From: an uncultured candidate division Zixibacteria bacterium
GTDB lineage: Bacteria > Zixibacteria > MSB-5A5 > GN15 > FEB-12
Assembly: GCA_963664195.1 (NCBI GenBank)
Contig: OY760907.1
Location: forward strand, 3,744,001 to 3,808,000
DNA length: 64,000 bases
Reading direction: 5' to 3'
Numbering within the stretch: the stretch's first letter is position 1; every line of letters begins with the position of its first letter. Below the pieces are notes generated by a model. It had not been told where the DNA came from. It searched no databases and worked only from the letters and a program-made list of their open reading frames with translations. Positions 16,589 to 27,351 of the stretch are shown piece after piece. Made by a program: the position numbers and the translations under genes.

Positions 16589-18973
16589 CTATTTATCCCT
16601 GATCTCCGCATTGAAGTCTTTCTTCAACTGCGCAATAATCTTCTTCTGAGTTTTGTCAATCTCTTCGCTGGAAAGGCTTCGTTCGGGCGAGCGATACGTA
16701 ATCGATACTCCGACCGACTTCTTGCCCTCACCTATTTGCTTGCCGGTGTAGAGATCAAAAATATCAATCGACTCGGCAATCTTGCCTGCGTATTTTGCCA
16801 CCAGGTCGACAATCTCCCCAACCTTCACGGTCGTGTCGACCACCAGCGCCAGATCGCGCGGGGCAGCCGGGAAAGTCGGCAGTGGCGTAAACTCGGCCAG
16901 ATCGCGGGCCAGCTCAAGAAGCACATCCATGCTCATCTGGGCCAGAAACACCGACTGTTTGACCTCGAACTTTCGAGCCGTTTTGGCCGATACCTTGCCA
17001 ATGGTGCCAACCCGACGACCACCGAGCATGACCGCAAACGAGATTTCCTTCTCGTAGTAGTTGACCGGCTCCGGCTCAAAACCGAGTTTCGGCCAGTGGA
17101 ACCGGGCTGACAGGGCATCCAGCGCTGCGGTGAGATCATAGAAATCCAGTTCACGAGGTCGATCCCGCCAGGTGGCGGCCGTATTGCCGGTAACAAGACA
17201 CATCAGCCGGTCTTCCTCTATCCATTCGTCCTTGTCGTTTGGCGGGAAATACACGCGGCCGATCTCAAACAAACGCATATCCAAATTGCGATGGGCCAGG
17301 TTGTGGGCCACGGTGCTCAGACCGGTATGGGTCAGATCGTTGCGCATGATATCAAGCTCTTCCGATACCGGCGAAAGTATCTTCAACTGCGGCAACTCCG
17401 GATTGAGCACCTTGCACAAGCGACTGTCTGCCAGACCGTGTCCCATAATCTCGTCAAAGCCGGCACCGGTCAGGACTTCACGGACCTCGTCTTCAAACAG
17501 GTCTTCCTCGTGCGTCGGCGTGAACAACGGGCCAATTGAATCGGTTGAGTCCGGGATAGCATCGAAGCCCATAATCCGGGCGACTTCTTCAATCAAATCT
17601 ATCTCGCGCTCAATGTCATGCCGAAAAGTCGGCGCGGTTACTTTGAGCGGGTCGGTCCCCTCGACCTCAAACTCGAGATCACGCAATATCTGTGTCATCT
17701 TCTCGACCGGCACGTCGATGCCCATGATGTCACAGCAACGTTTCGGACGAAGCTCGACCGTGTTCGGTTCGATCTTCTTCGGGTAGCAATCGACTATCCC
17801 GTCGAGCACTTCTCCCCCGCACAACTGCTGAAACAGAGCGGCCACATGCTCGGAGGTGACCGGCACATGGTTCGGATCAACGCCCTTTTCAAACCGGGTC
17901 GAAGCCTCCGTAACAAAACCGAGGTGCTTGCGACTCTTGCGGACTATTGACGGATCAAAATACGCAACTTCAAGCAGGATGTTTTTCGTGTCGTCGGTGA
18001 CCTCCGAATCAAACCCGCCCATGACACCGGCGGCAGCCTTGGCTTCTTTACCGTTGGTGACAAGGAGGACATCTTCGGTCAACTCGTGATCTTTGCCGTC
18101 GAGCGTTTTGAGTGTCTCGCCGTTTTTGGCGCGACGCACGACGACTTCGTTTGAGCCGAAGTTATCCAAATCAAACGCATGGACTGGATTGCCGGACTCG
18201 ATCATAATCAAGTTGGTGACATCGACCACGTTTGAGATGGGTCGCATTCCAGCACCGATCAACTTCTTCTGTACCCACCACGGCGAGGGGCCGATTTTCA
18301 CGTTGCGAATGATCCTCGCGGTGAAACGGGGGCAGGCATCGGGGTCTTCTATCGATACTCTGATATGATCGGAGACCTTCTCAGCGATCGGCTTCAATTC
18401 GTACTCAGGGTACTTCACTTTGATCGACGCAAGAGCGGCCAGATCGCGGGCGATCCCGATAGCAGACATAGAGTCCGCCCGGTTCGGGGTCAGTTCGAAT
18501 CCCATTACGTAGTCGTGCAGATCGAGTAGATCAACCAGCGGCGTCCCTGGCACGGCGGATTCATCCAGCACCATGATACCGGAGTGATCCTCAAAAAGGC
18601 CGAGTTCATCGGCGGCGCAGATCATCCCGGATGAGGGAATTCCGCGTATTTTCGATTTCTTTATCTTCAGGCCGCCGGCCATTTCCGCACCGACCTGAGC
18701 CACGGCGACCTTTTGTCCGACAGCTACGTTCGGAGCACCGCAGACGAGGTCGAGCGTTTCGTCGCCGATATTGACGGTCGCTTTGCGTATTTTGTCAGCG
18801 CCCTCGATCGGCTGAAGTTCGGTGACCTCACCTACGACGACTTTGTCGAGATGACGATCGAGCGGGTCGATTTCTTCGCAGGCCGTCCCGCAGAGCGTCA
18901 ACCGATCACCCATCACTTCGACAGGCCAATCGAGGCCGGTCAGGTCTTTGAGCCAACTATATGATATCTTCAT
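16589..18973 (-). CDS. pheT: Phenylalanine-tRNA ligase beta subunit
   Basis: MKISYSWL, CGAPNV, TPNRAD, RFEKGVD, C-terminal FDX-ACB domain. Confidence 0.98.
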   Translation of the reverse strand: MKISYSWLKDLTGLDWPVEVMGDRLTLCGTACEEIDPLDRHLDKVVVGEVTELQPIEGADKIRKATVNIGDETLDLVCGAPNVAVGQKVAVAQVGAEMAGGLKIKKSKIRGIPSSGMICAADELGLFEDHSGIMVLDESAVPGTPLVDLLDLHDYVMGFELTPNRADSMSAIGIARDLAALASIKVKYPEYELKPIAEKVSDHIRVSIEDPDACPRFTARIIRNVKIGPSPWWVQKKLIGAGMRPISNVVDVTNLIMIESGNPVHAFDLDNFGSNEVVVRRAKNGETLKTLDGKDHELTEDVLLVTNGKEAKAAAGVMGGFDSEVTDDTKNILLEVAYFDPSIVRKSRKHLGFVTEASTRFEKGVDPNHVPVTSEHVAALFQQLCGGEVLDGIVDCYPKKIEPNTVELRPKRCCDIMGIDVPVEKMTQILRDLEFEVEGTDPLKVTAPTFRHDIEREIDLIEEVARIMGFDAIPDSTDSIGPLFTPTHEEDLFEDEVREVLTGAGFDEIMGHGLADSRLCKVLNPELPQLKILSPVSEELDIMRNDLTHTGLSTVAHNLAHRNLDMRLFEIGRVYFPPNDKDEWIEEDRLMCLVTGNTAATWRDRPRELDFYDLTAALDALSARFHWPKLGFEPEPVNYYEKEISFAVMLGGRRVGTIGKVSAKTARKFEVKQSVFLAQMSMDVLLELARDLAEFTPLPTFPAAPRDLALVVDTTVKVGEIVDLVAKYAGKIAESIDIFDLYTGKQIGEGKKSVGVSITYRSPERSLSSEEIDKTQKKIIAQLKKDFNAEIRDK

Positions 18974-18975
18974 GT

Positions 18976-19989
18976 TTAGAAGAATTGCCTGAGAAAACGT
19001 ACGTTATTGTTAAAGAACAGGCGAATGTCCGTGATCTTGTATTTGAGCATTGCCACACGTTCCACTCCCATGCCGAAGGCGTACCCGGTGTACTTCTCCG
19101 AGTCATAGCCGGCGTTCTCAAGAACGTTCGGGTGGATCATGCCACAACCCAAAATCTCCAGCCAACCCGAATACTTGCAGAGCTGACACCCCTTCCCCTT
19201 GCAGAGGAAGCATGAAATATCGACTTCCGCCGATGGTTCCGTAAACGGGAAATACGACGGCCGAAACTTCAGTTTGAGTTCTTCGCCGAAGAAAGCGTGA
19301 CAGAATGCCACGAGGGCGCCCTTAAGGTCAGCCATGGTGATGCCCTCGTCCACGAGGAAACCGTCGACCTGGTGAAACGACACGTGAGCGCGTGTGGAGA
19401 TGGCCTCGTTGCGGAACGTCGGTCCCGGGGCGATAATTTTCACCGGCGGTTTGCGTTTTGCGAGTTCACGCGCCTGTACTGGTGTGGTGTGCGTACGCAA
19501 AACGCGCCCGCCTTCAACAAAGAAGGTATCCTGCATGTCGCGGGCCGGATGATCCGGGGCGAAATTCAGGGCACCAAAGTTGAAGTAGTCGGTTTCGACG
19601 TGCGGACCCCGGGCGACCTCAAAGCCCATGCCATAGAAGGTGCGGCAGATATCGCCCATCACCTGATTGAGGATGTGGACGGTGCCAATCCGATGCCCGG
19701 TACCGGGCAGAGTGGGATCAAACGCCGAGGCAGCTTTGCCGGTATCATACTTTTCGGCAACGGCAGCGAATTCCTGTTCGAGCCGCACTCGCGTCTTGTT
19801 GGCGGCGGCTCCGACCTGCTTGCGCTCGTCTCCTTCGAGTTTTCCCAACCCGCGGAGGATGGCCACAAGCGGTCCTTTTCGGCCCAGGTAACGGACCTGA
19901 AGCTCCCTAAGCGAATCGAGCGAATCGGTATTACCAATTCGCTCGATTGCTTCAGCTTCCAATTGTCTGACTTCGTCTAGTATCGACAT
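18976..19989 (-). CDS. pheS: Phenylalanine-tRNA ligase alpha subunit
   Basis: HPARDMQDTF, LRTHT, FPFTEPSAEVD, GMGVER. Confidence 0.98.
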   Translation of the reverse strand: MSILDEVRQLEAEAIERIGNTDSLDSLRELQVRYLGRKGPLVAILRGLGKLEGDERKQVGAAANKTRVRLEQEFAAVAEKYDTGKAASAFDPTLPGTGHRIGTVHILNQVMGDICRTFYGMGFEVARGPHVETDYFNFGALNFAPDHPARDMQDTFFVEGGRVLRTHTTPVQARELAKRKPPVKIIAPGPTFRNEAISTRAHVSFHQVDGFLVDEGITMADLKGALVAFCHAFFGEELKLKFRPSYFPFTEPSAEVDISCFLCKGKGCQLCKYSGWLEILGCGMIHPNVLENAGYDSEKYTGYAFGMGVERVAMLKYKITDIRLFFNNNVRFLRQFF

Positions 19990-20004
19990 ATGCAGCCGAG
20001 CGGC

Positions 20005-20355
20005 TTATTCTCCAGATGCCATTTTGGCAAGACTGGTAAAGGTGTTCATATCGCGGGCCGCTATATCCGCCAAAGCCTTGCGATTAAGGTTCACACCAGC
20101 TTTTTTCAAGCCGTGCATGAAAGTCGAGTAATTGGTATCACACATTTTGGCGGCGGCAGAAATCCGGACAATCCAGAGTGCACGGAATTCCCGCTTTTTG
20201 TTTCGACGATCCCGATAGGCGTATTTCAACCCTTTGTGGACCGTCTCCAGAGCCGTGCGGTACAGTTTACTCCGACCGGCATAGTTGCCGCGCGCGCGCT
20301 TGAGCACTTTGTTGTGGCGCTGCTTGGCGGCTACGTTGTTCTTTGAACGTGGCAT
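20005..20355 (-). CDS. rplT: 50S ribosomal protein L20
   Basis: YAYRDRRNKKREFRALWIVRISAA. Confidence 0.98.
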   Translation of the reverse strand: MPRSKNNVAAKQRHNKVLKRARGNYAGRSKLYRTALETVHKGLKYAYRDRRNKKREFRALWIVRISAAAKMCDTNYSTFMHGLKKAGVNLNRKALADIAARDMNTFTSLAKMASGE

Positions 20356-20479
20356 TGTCTATATTCTCCTGTTCGAATCTACAACACTACCGTGCTGCCT
20401 GCCGCCTGTCTTTCCAGTCTCTGCGCCGCCCCAAACGACACATCCTCCGGTCGAACCTGCAGCCCGGCAATCCGGATCA

Positions 20480-20671
20480 CTAGGCAATCATTCGCAGAAT
20501 CATTGCCATGTCGTTATCGTGAATAAGGTCGGACTTGCGCAGGTTGCGTTTGCGCTTGGCCGTTTTCTTAGTCAGGATGTGCGACTTGTACGAGTGGTAC
20601 CGCTTGATCTTGCCGGTTCCAGTTTTCTTGAACCGCTTGGCAGCGCCACGCTTGGTTTTCATCTTAGGCAT
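20480..20671 (-). CDS. rpmI: 50S ribosomal protein L35
   Basis: [21 protein letters not shown]. Confidence 0.98.
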   Translation of the reverse strand: MPKMKTKRGAAKRFKKTGTGKIKRYHSYKSHILTKKTAKRKRNLRKSDLIHDNDMAMILRMIA

Positions 20672-20716
20672 TACGAACCTCGTATATCAAAAAGGTCTTA
20701 TCTACTAAACCAGTGT

Positions 20717-21325
20717 CTATTCTTCGTTTTCCGCAGCCAGTCTTTCAGCGTCCTTCTCGGCATCCTTCTCGACAGCCTTTGCCGACTTGGCCTCCTGGGC
20801 CGCTTTGATCACTTCAGAGCGCGGCGAAAGCACCATCGTCATATTGCGGCCTTCCATCCTCGGCGGCGAGTCGACCGTAGCTATGTCGGCCAGATCCTGT
20901 TCAAGTCTGACAAGAATCTTGCGCCCGTATTCCTGACGGCTCATTTCACGTCCGCGGAAAAAGACCATGGTCCGCACTTTGCTTCCGGCTTCAAGGAACG
21001 AGCGCACGTGCTTGGTTTTGAACTGGTAGTCGTGCTCGTCAATTTTCGGCCGATACCGCATTTCCTTCAACTGGAAGGCATGCTGCTTTTTCTTGGCCTG
21101 CTTTTCTCTCTTGGCGAGTTCGTACTTGAACTTGCCGTAATCCATTATGCGACAAACCGGCGGTTTGGCGTTCGGTGACACCTCCACCAGATCCAGATCG
21201 CTTTCCTTGGCCTTGGCCATGGCCTCAGTGACCGGCAGGATTCCCAACTGTTCCCCATCGGGACCGATTAAGCGAACGGGCGTAACCCTGATTCGATCGT
21301 TGATCCGTATATTGCGCTTGCTTAT
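20717..21325 (-). CDS. infC: Translation initiation factor IF-3, non-canonical ATA start
   Basis: Frame extends upstream of the ORF-track start through RINDRIRVTPVRLIG to ATA at 21325, preceded by GAGGAGG. DLVEVSPNAKPPVCRIMDYGK and FRGRE present. Confidence 0.95.
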   Translation of the reverse strand: MSKRNIRINDRIRVTPVRLIGPDGEQLGILPVTEAMAKAKESDLDLVEVSPNAKPPVCRIMDYGKFKYELAKREKQAKKKQHAFQLKEMRYRPKIDEHDYQFKTKHVRSFLEAGSKVRTMVFFRGREMSRQEYGRKILVRLEQDLADIATVDSPPRMEGRNMTMVLSPRSEVIKAAQEAKSAKAVEKDAEKDAERLAAENEE

Positions 21326-21334
21326 GTAACCTCC

Positions 21335-23281
21335 TCAGTTACCACTCAGCTCGGGTTGCTCAACGATCCCCCGGCTCTCAATCTCAGCCTTCAGGAACGC
21401 GACAGCCTCATCGACAGTTTTAACACCTATGTCGCCCGTACCATGTTTTCGGACGGCAACCGAATCGGCTTCAGCCTCACGGCCGCCAACGACAAACATG
21501 TACGGAACCTTGAGCACTTCAGCCGCTCTGATTTTCGCTCCGATCTTTTCGGAACGTGAATCCAGGCTCGCGCGAATGTTCTCTTTCTTAAGCCGGTCCA
21601 CCACTTTCGCGCAGTACTCGTTGAATTCATCGGCAATCGGCAACACCTTGACCTGAGTCGGTGCCAGCCATAACGGGAAATTCCCGGCGTAATGCTCAAT
21701 CAGTACACCAAAGAATCGCTCCACAGAGCCTAACAGGGCACGATGAATCATAAACGGACGCTTCTTCTGGCCGTCGGAGTCAGTATACACCATATCGAAC
21801 CGTTCCGGCAGCGAAAAATCAAACTGAATTGTCGAGCACTGCCAGGCGCGCCCAATAGCGTCCTTGATCTGTATATCAATCTTGGGACCGTAAAAGGCCC
21901 CTTCACCTTCATCTATACTATACGGCAGACCGCTTCTCTCGAGCGCTGACTGAAGACCCTTTTCGGCCTTTTTCCAATCCTCAGGATCGCCAATCGCCTT
22001 CTCCGGGCGGGTCGAAAGGAATATGTTGTAATCCGAGAACCCGAAGGACTTCAGCATGTGGACGCAGAAATCAAGGATCCACACCAACTCATCTTCCATA
22101 TGATCACGAGCCACAAAATGATGAGCATCATCCTGAGTGAACCCGCGCACCCGCATGAGACCGTGCAGCACGCCCGGGCGCTCGTAACGATAGACCGTGC
22201 CAAGCTCCGCCCAGCGAAGCGGCAGATCACGATACGACCAGAGCCGTGATTTGTACATAGTGATATGGAACGGGCAGTTCATCGGTTTGAGCTGAAATTC
22301 CCGTTCATCTACTTTGATGGCGCCGTACATATTCTCCGAGTAGAAGTCCGCATGTCCGCTCTGCAACCACAAATCGCGGTTGGCAACATGCGGAGAAAAA
22401 ACAAGATCGTAATCGTTGGCCAGGTGCTCTTCGCGCCAGAAATTCTCAATCTGGTTGCGAATACGCGCACCGCGAGGCAGCCAGAGAACAAGACCGGCAC
22501 CGACATCCTCGCCGATAGTGAACAGCTCAAGCTGCTTGCCGATCACACGATGGTCGCGTTTTTTGGCCTCTTCAAGGCGATGCAGATACTCGTCAAGCAT
22601 TCCCTTCTTCGGATAGGACACGCCGTAAATTCGCTGAAGCATCGGACGTTTTTCATCGCCGCGCCAGTAGGCGCCGGACGACGTGATCAGCTTGAAAGCC
22701 TTGACAATTCCGGTTCGTGGAATGTGCGGCCCGCGGCAGAGATCTTCAAATCGCGAATGAGCATAGAAGGTAAGCGCTTCGTCGCCCAAATCTTCGATCA
22801 ACTCGACTTTGTAGTCTTCGCCCTTCTCACGATAATGATCGATAGCCGCCTGCTTGTCTCTCTCCTCGCAGGAGAAAGTGGCGTCTTCGGCTATAATCTC
22901 GCCCATGCGCTTTTCAATCTTGGCCAGATCATCCGGAGAGAACGGCTTTTTCACATCGAAATCGTAGTACCAACCCTCGTCAATCGGCGGACCGATCGCG
23001 AGTTTGGCGTCCGGGAACAACTCCTGCACAGCCTGAGCCATAATGTGAGAGCTGGAGTGCCAGAAGACCTCTCTGCCTGCGGCATCATCGAAAGTGAGAA
23101 TGCCGACCGGGGCATCGGATGAAATCGGGTAGCTAAGATCGCGGACTCTACCGTTGACCATGACAGCAATAGCCACCTTGGCCAGACGGGGAGAAATCGA
23201 CTTCGCGATCTCGTACCCGGTCGTACCGGAATCATAGGGACGGACAGAGCCGTCCGGAAACTGTATTTGGACCTGTGCCAT
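21335..23281 (-). CDS. thrS: Threonine-tRNA ligase
   Basis: TGS domain, HSSSH, DLCRGPH, KPMNCPFH, GAFYGPKID. Confidence 0.98.
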   Translation of the reverse strand: MAQVQIQFPDGSVRPYDSGTTGYEIAKSISPRLAKVAIAVMVNGRVRDLSYPISSDAPVGILTFDDAAGREVFWHSSSHIMAQAVQELFPDAKLAIGPPIDEGWYYDFDVKKPFSPDDLAKIEKRMGEIIAEDATFSCEERDKQAAIDHYREKGEDYKVELIEDLGDEALTFYAHSRFEDLCRGPHIPRTGIVKAFKLITSSGAYWRGDEKRPMLQRIYGVSYPKKGMLDEYLHRLEEAKKRDHRVIGKQLELFTIGEDVGAGLVLWLPRGARIRNQIENFWREEHLANDYDLVFSPHVANRDLWLQSGHADFYSENMYGAIKVDEREFQLKPMNCPFHITMYKSRLWSYRDLPLRWAELGTVYRYERPGVLHGLMRVRGFTQDDAHHFVARDHMEDELVWILDFCVHMLKSFGFSDYNIFLSTRPEKAIGDPEDWKKAEKGLQSALERSGLPYSIDEGEGAFYGPKIDIQIKDAIGRAWQCSTIQFDFSLPERFDMVYTDSDGQKKRPFMIHRALLGSVERFFGVLIEHYAGNFPLWLAPTQVKVLPIADEFNEYCAKVVDRLKKENIRASLDSRSEKIGAKIRAAEVLKVPYMFVVGGREAEADSVAVRKHGTGDIGVKTVDEAVAFLKAEIESRGIVEQPELSGN

Positions 23282-23295
23282 CTTACATACTTAAA

Positions 23296-23333
23296 GCGGG
23301 GTGTTGGGCATGTCTAAGTCCCGGACACCCCGC
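23296..23333 (-). terminator. GC-rich hairpin between tRNA-Val and thrS (terminator/attenuator or processing site)
   Basis: GCGGGGTGT...ACACCCCGC followed by TTT. Confidence 0.45.
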
Positions 23334-23341
23334 GAAATTTA

Positions 23342-23418
23342 TGGTGGGCGATACTGGAATTGAACCAGTGACCCCTTGCATGTCAAGCAAGTACTCTAAC
23401 CATCTGAGCTAATCGCCC
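23342..23418 (-). tRNA. tRNA-Val(GAC)
   Basis: GGGCGATTAGCTCAG...CTTGC-TT-GAC-AT-GCAAG...GGTTCAATTCC...TCGCCCACCA; 77 nt with encoded CCA. Confidence 0.97.
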
Positions 23419-23463
23419 ATAAACTTTGCCTCGGGAACCATTATGGCTCCCGCTAAGTCAACG

Positions 23464-23492
23464 AGTATATCAATAATCCCGAATCTTGTCAA
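23464..23492 (-). promoter_or_regulatory. sigma70 promoter of tRNA-Val/thrS operon
   Basis: TTGACA-N17-TATACT. Confidence 0.8.
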
Positions 23493-23783
23493 CAGGTATT
23501 TTCGCCCTTGCCTGTTTGAGAATCCCAAGTGGGCTAAGGGCTTACGGTCCCGCGGTCCGGCACTGGACGCCCCCGCCACGACAGGGTCATTGTCGCGATG
23601 TCTCCGACCTCGGAAGGAGCAGCTCATTCAGTTACAAGTCAATGACTTACGTTACAAATCGAGCTCTCCCGGAGAACCCCCGGATCAATCACACAGGCCA
23701 ACCGGGGCCAAATCCACGTTCGCCCACCTCTGCTGAAGCCCGGTCAGACACGGGATTTCCCGCTGTGACTCTGCCGCAACTGT

Positions 23784-23810
23784 TAAAAAATTGAACAGCG
23801 GTGCCGATAT
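23784..23810 (+). promoter_or_regulatory. sigma28 (FliA) promoter of the GT2-TPR gene
   Basis: TAAA-N15-GCCGATAT, essentially consensus. Confidence 0.8.
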
Positions 23811-23878
23811 TGGTAGTAACAGGCAAGGTGCGCCGAAATGCGCCTTTGTTTTCCCAAATCGGAACTTGGAGACTGTTC

Positions 23879-26355
23879 ATGGCTAAGCCCCTGCTGACCG
23901 TTGGCATTACGTGTTTCAACGACGAAAAGTACCTGCGAATCTGCATCGATTCTGTTCTCGAGCAAACGTATCCACGTCTGGAAGTGATCGTGGTCGATGA
24001 TTGCTCGACCGACAACTCGCCTGCCGTTTTCCAGCAGTACGGGGACCGCATCCGTGTCATCCGTCACGAGAAGAACAGCGGGAGTCTGACACAGGGCCGC
24101 AGGGATGTAATCGCCGGAGCAACCGGAGAATACATCGCCCACCTGGACGCAGATGATTTTCTCGACCCTCATTACGCCGAACGCCAGATATCTGAGTTCC
24201 TGAGTGATCCCGAACTGGACTGGGTCGCCCCCAACCTGAATGTTGTCGACGAACACGGCAGGTTGACAAGTCGATGGGACTATAAGGATTTTCCAAGCGA
24301 CGCACGGGAAGGACTCATTCGCGGTTACCACACGGCCTCTGTTCCGGTTCCGAAGAACGGTCTCTTCAAGACCGCATTCCTGCGACGCAACAACCTCTCG
24401 TGGTACGAGTTGCCGGATACTCGACAGGGCGAAGATGCCCTCACTTGCATAGAGTACCTCAGGCACAATCCGAAAATCAAATTGATACCGGACTATTTGC
24501 TAAATTATAGAGTGCATGGCAAGAACATGAGCGCCAGACCTGAGGAACGGATCAAGATGGTGATCGGCCTCAAAGAGCACTACATCGCGAATCTGAGCGA
24601 AGTGCTCTATCTCAACCACCCTGCCCTTCTGGTGCCGCGGTACAACAGTCCTGACTATCTGGCCCTGAAGTTCTTCATGCTGTCGCTCGATTTCTACCAG
24701 ACAAAAAACGCTTTTAAGGTTCCCGACATCTTCAGCAATGAGCAAACCCTTGAGCGTGTCCGGGATAACCTAAGTCTCTTCGACGAACCGATTAGACGAT
24801 ACGCCAATGAATCCCTGAGCTACTCGAGCCGTTACGCCAGCGAATTGGACGAGATTCTCCGGACCGTATCCCCCGTCGACACGGACCCGTCAGGACTGAC
24901 TCCAGAAGTTCCTGCACCCTGCAAACAGGGTATCACCCGGGATGAAGACAAGCGGGATATTCAGAGCTATGAAGACATCCTCGCGATAAACCCTGAATGC
25001 TGCGAGGCACTAAACGGTATCGGCGAGCTATTGTTTGTGCAAGGTGATAAAACTCGAGCAGTTCGCTACATCCGACGAGCTGTCGAAGTCTGCCCTGACG
25101 ACCCGAGGAGTCTCAACAACGCGGCGGTGATGGCGTTCGAGGAAAAGGACTTCGAGATTGCGGAACAACATCTGCGAAGGGCTTTGAAGGCGGATCGCTC
25201 CTTGCCCGACACTCGCATCAACCTCTGCACACTGTGGGGAGAGACATACGCCAGGACGGCGCCTTCACAACAAAAGGCGAACGAAGTGTTGGAGACCCTC
25301 CGATGGATTGCCGACAACGCCCCCGACGATGAACGCGGGCAACTGCTGCTAGAGAATCGACAGCTTCGAGATTCACTTGTATCGAGATTTGCCAATCTCC
25401 TGTCCGCGTCTAACGAGAGGATATTGCTCCACCGACCGGGCAACGGAGCCCTGAAGTATCTCATGGACAGTTGGTGTGAGGTGCTCAACTTCATGGGACT
25501 GACCACCGGTGTGATTGACTGGGGAGAGAACACAGAAGCCGCTTTCAAGCGGTTTCAACCGACCGTGTTCATTACGGTTGCCGACCCTGCCTACATCGCG
25601 CAGTTGGACTATCAGTTCATATCAGGATATCGAGCCACCCACGGTTTGCGAATCGGCCATATATCGACCTTCGAGCATGCGTATGAGCCGTGCGACTTTC
25701 TTGCCACTTTTCATCTCGCTCCCGAAAGAGACGACACGTTCAAGAACGCAGACCGACCGCTCATATCACTGCCGTTCGGGATCAACCCTCTCCGCCATTA
25801 TATGAAACCCGGCATTGCTATCTGGGACTACTTTTTCGTGGGCACAAACTCGCCCTTCAAACTCAACGAGACCAAATCGTACCTCGGCCCCATTCTGGGC
25901 AAGTACCGTGGCATACTCGCAGGCACAAACTGGAACGCCGGACTCGGCGAGCTTCAGATCAAGGATGCCGCCGAGTTCTACCAATTCGCCCAGGTGTATC
26001 CCAACTATCACGTTGCACGACAGATGGAGGAATTCAACGAAGTGAACGAACCTTCATCATTCCGGCGTGCGGCGGCTTTGAACTTGTCGACAACCCGGCT
26101 GCCATGTCTGCTCTTTTCACCGACGACGAAATGGCGGTCGCCAGATCACCCAAGGAATATCACGAGATGTTCGCCCATTTCCTACATCATCCGGGGGATC
26201 GAGAGGGGTACGTCCGCAAGGGGATGAAACGAGTCTACGAAAACTACACCCTCTGTCACGTGCTCGGTCGCCTGACGGATTTCCTCGGGATCAAAGTCAA
26301 CAGCACGAAAGACCGAGCGACATCCCCGTCCGGGACTGAATCAGTCACCCGGTAG
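23879..26355 (+). pseudogene. GT2 + TPR + CgeB-like (Glyco_trans_1_2) glycosyltransferase, frameshifted near 26044-26051
   Basis: GT2 (VVDDCSTD, LDADD) and TPRs in the frame ending 26227. The conserved C-terminus ERTFIIPACGGFELVD...YENYT lies in another frame ending 26355. Confidence 0.8.
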
Positions 26356-26384
26356 TCACCCTCTCCAGATAGACTTGCACCCAT

Positions 26385-26423
26385 AAAAAAAACGGCCCCG
26401 TCATGCGAAAACGGGGCCGTTTT
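26385..26423. terminator. Bidirectional intrinsic terminator between convergent GT and HDOD genes
   Basis: A-tract + AACGGCCCCGT-loop-ACGGGGCCGTT + T-tract. Confidence 0.85.
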
Positions 26424-26440
26424 AAGTGGGAACGAAATTC

Positions 26441-27328
26441 TTAGCTGACACCGGCCATCTTCATAAAGGTCTCGGCCTTGAGGTATTCCTCACGGAGCAA
26501 TCCCGAGAACACCTCGAAATCTTCTGCGGTGACCTGCATATACTCGACCACGCCGTCGAGGAGCGCACCGACCTGGGGAGCGCTTGCGTCAGCATCCTCA
26601 AAAGTCGTTCTGGCAACGTAATCGCTCAGGTGGACGATATATGCGATCGGATCTTCGGACTCCGTCAACTGAGGCTGGTGATGATACGTGATAGCTTCCC
26701 GCAGTCGCTGCGGCAGCTTCCATTGCTCGGCCAGCACGGCCCCGATCTGGGAGTGATTGTAGCCGAGGATTTCTTCCTCAACCTCATAGGTCGGACGTTC
26801 CGGCTGTTCTTTCTGCGCGGCCTTGACCGCCTCGAACTCGCCGGGAAGAAAACAGCACATGATCATTTTGCCGACATCGTGGAGCAGCCCGGACGAGAAG
26901 GCAGCATCGGGATCAACCATCCCGCGCGCCTTGACTTTTCTCGCCATCATGCGACCGCAGACGGCAACCGCCAGGGAGTGGCGCCAGAACGTTTCCTGGA
27001 ACTCCTGATCGATATCCTTGGACTTAAACATATCCAGCACGGAGGCGGACAGCACGAGGTTACGAATAGCCTCTAGACCGACGATCACAACCGCCTGCTT
27101 CACGTTGTCGATCTCGCGCGAGAGACCATAGAAGGCGGAATTGGTCAACTTGAGCACCTTGACCGACATCGCCGGATCCTCCGAAAGAATCGACGCTATC
27201 TGCCCCGCCGATACCATGGGGTCATTGATGACCTTCTGGATCTGGTGAAAGACGATAGGTGGCGTCGGCAGGTTGCGGACGTTTGATATTACCTGTTTGA
27301 CTCTGCTATCGATTGTCGCCGTGGTCAT
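26441..27328 (-). CDS. HDOD-domain signal transduction protein
   Basis: LPTPP, DPAMSVKVLKLTNSAFY, WRHS, GLLHDVGK, WKLP, YHH. Confidence 0.92.
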   Translation of the reverse strand: MTTATIDSRVKQVISNVRNLPTPPIVFHQIQKVINDPMVSAGQIASILSEDPAMSVKVLKLTNSAFYGLSREIDNVKQAVVIVGLEAIRNLVLSASVLDMFKSKDIDQEFQETFWRHSLAVAVCGRMMARKVKARGMVDPDAAFSSGLLHDVGKMIMCCFLPGEFEAVKAAQKEQPERPTYEVEEEILGYNHSQIGAVLAEQWKLPQRLREAITYHHQPQLTESEDPIAYIVHLSDYVARTTFEDADASAPQVGALLDGVVEYMQVTAEDFEVFSGLLREEYLKAETFMKMAGVS

Positions 27329-27351
27329 ATACCTGTCTCAACAGTTCTGTG

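Noticed and set aside
20356..20479. tRNA-like element or small ORF in the rpmI-rplT spacer (contains GGTTCGA)
   Set aside because: No T-stem pairing or cloverleaf; the short ORFs have badly spaced RBSs.
23342..26355. Genomic island integrated at tRNA-Val
   Set aside because: The tRNA 3' end faces thrS; no integrase or duplicated att site; the GT gene has a native-looking sigma28 promoter.
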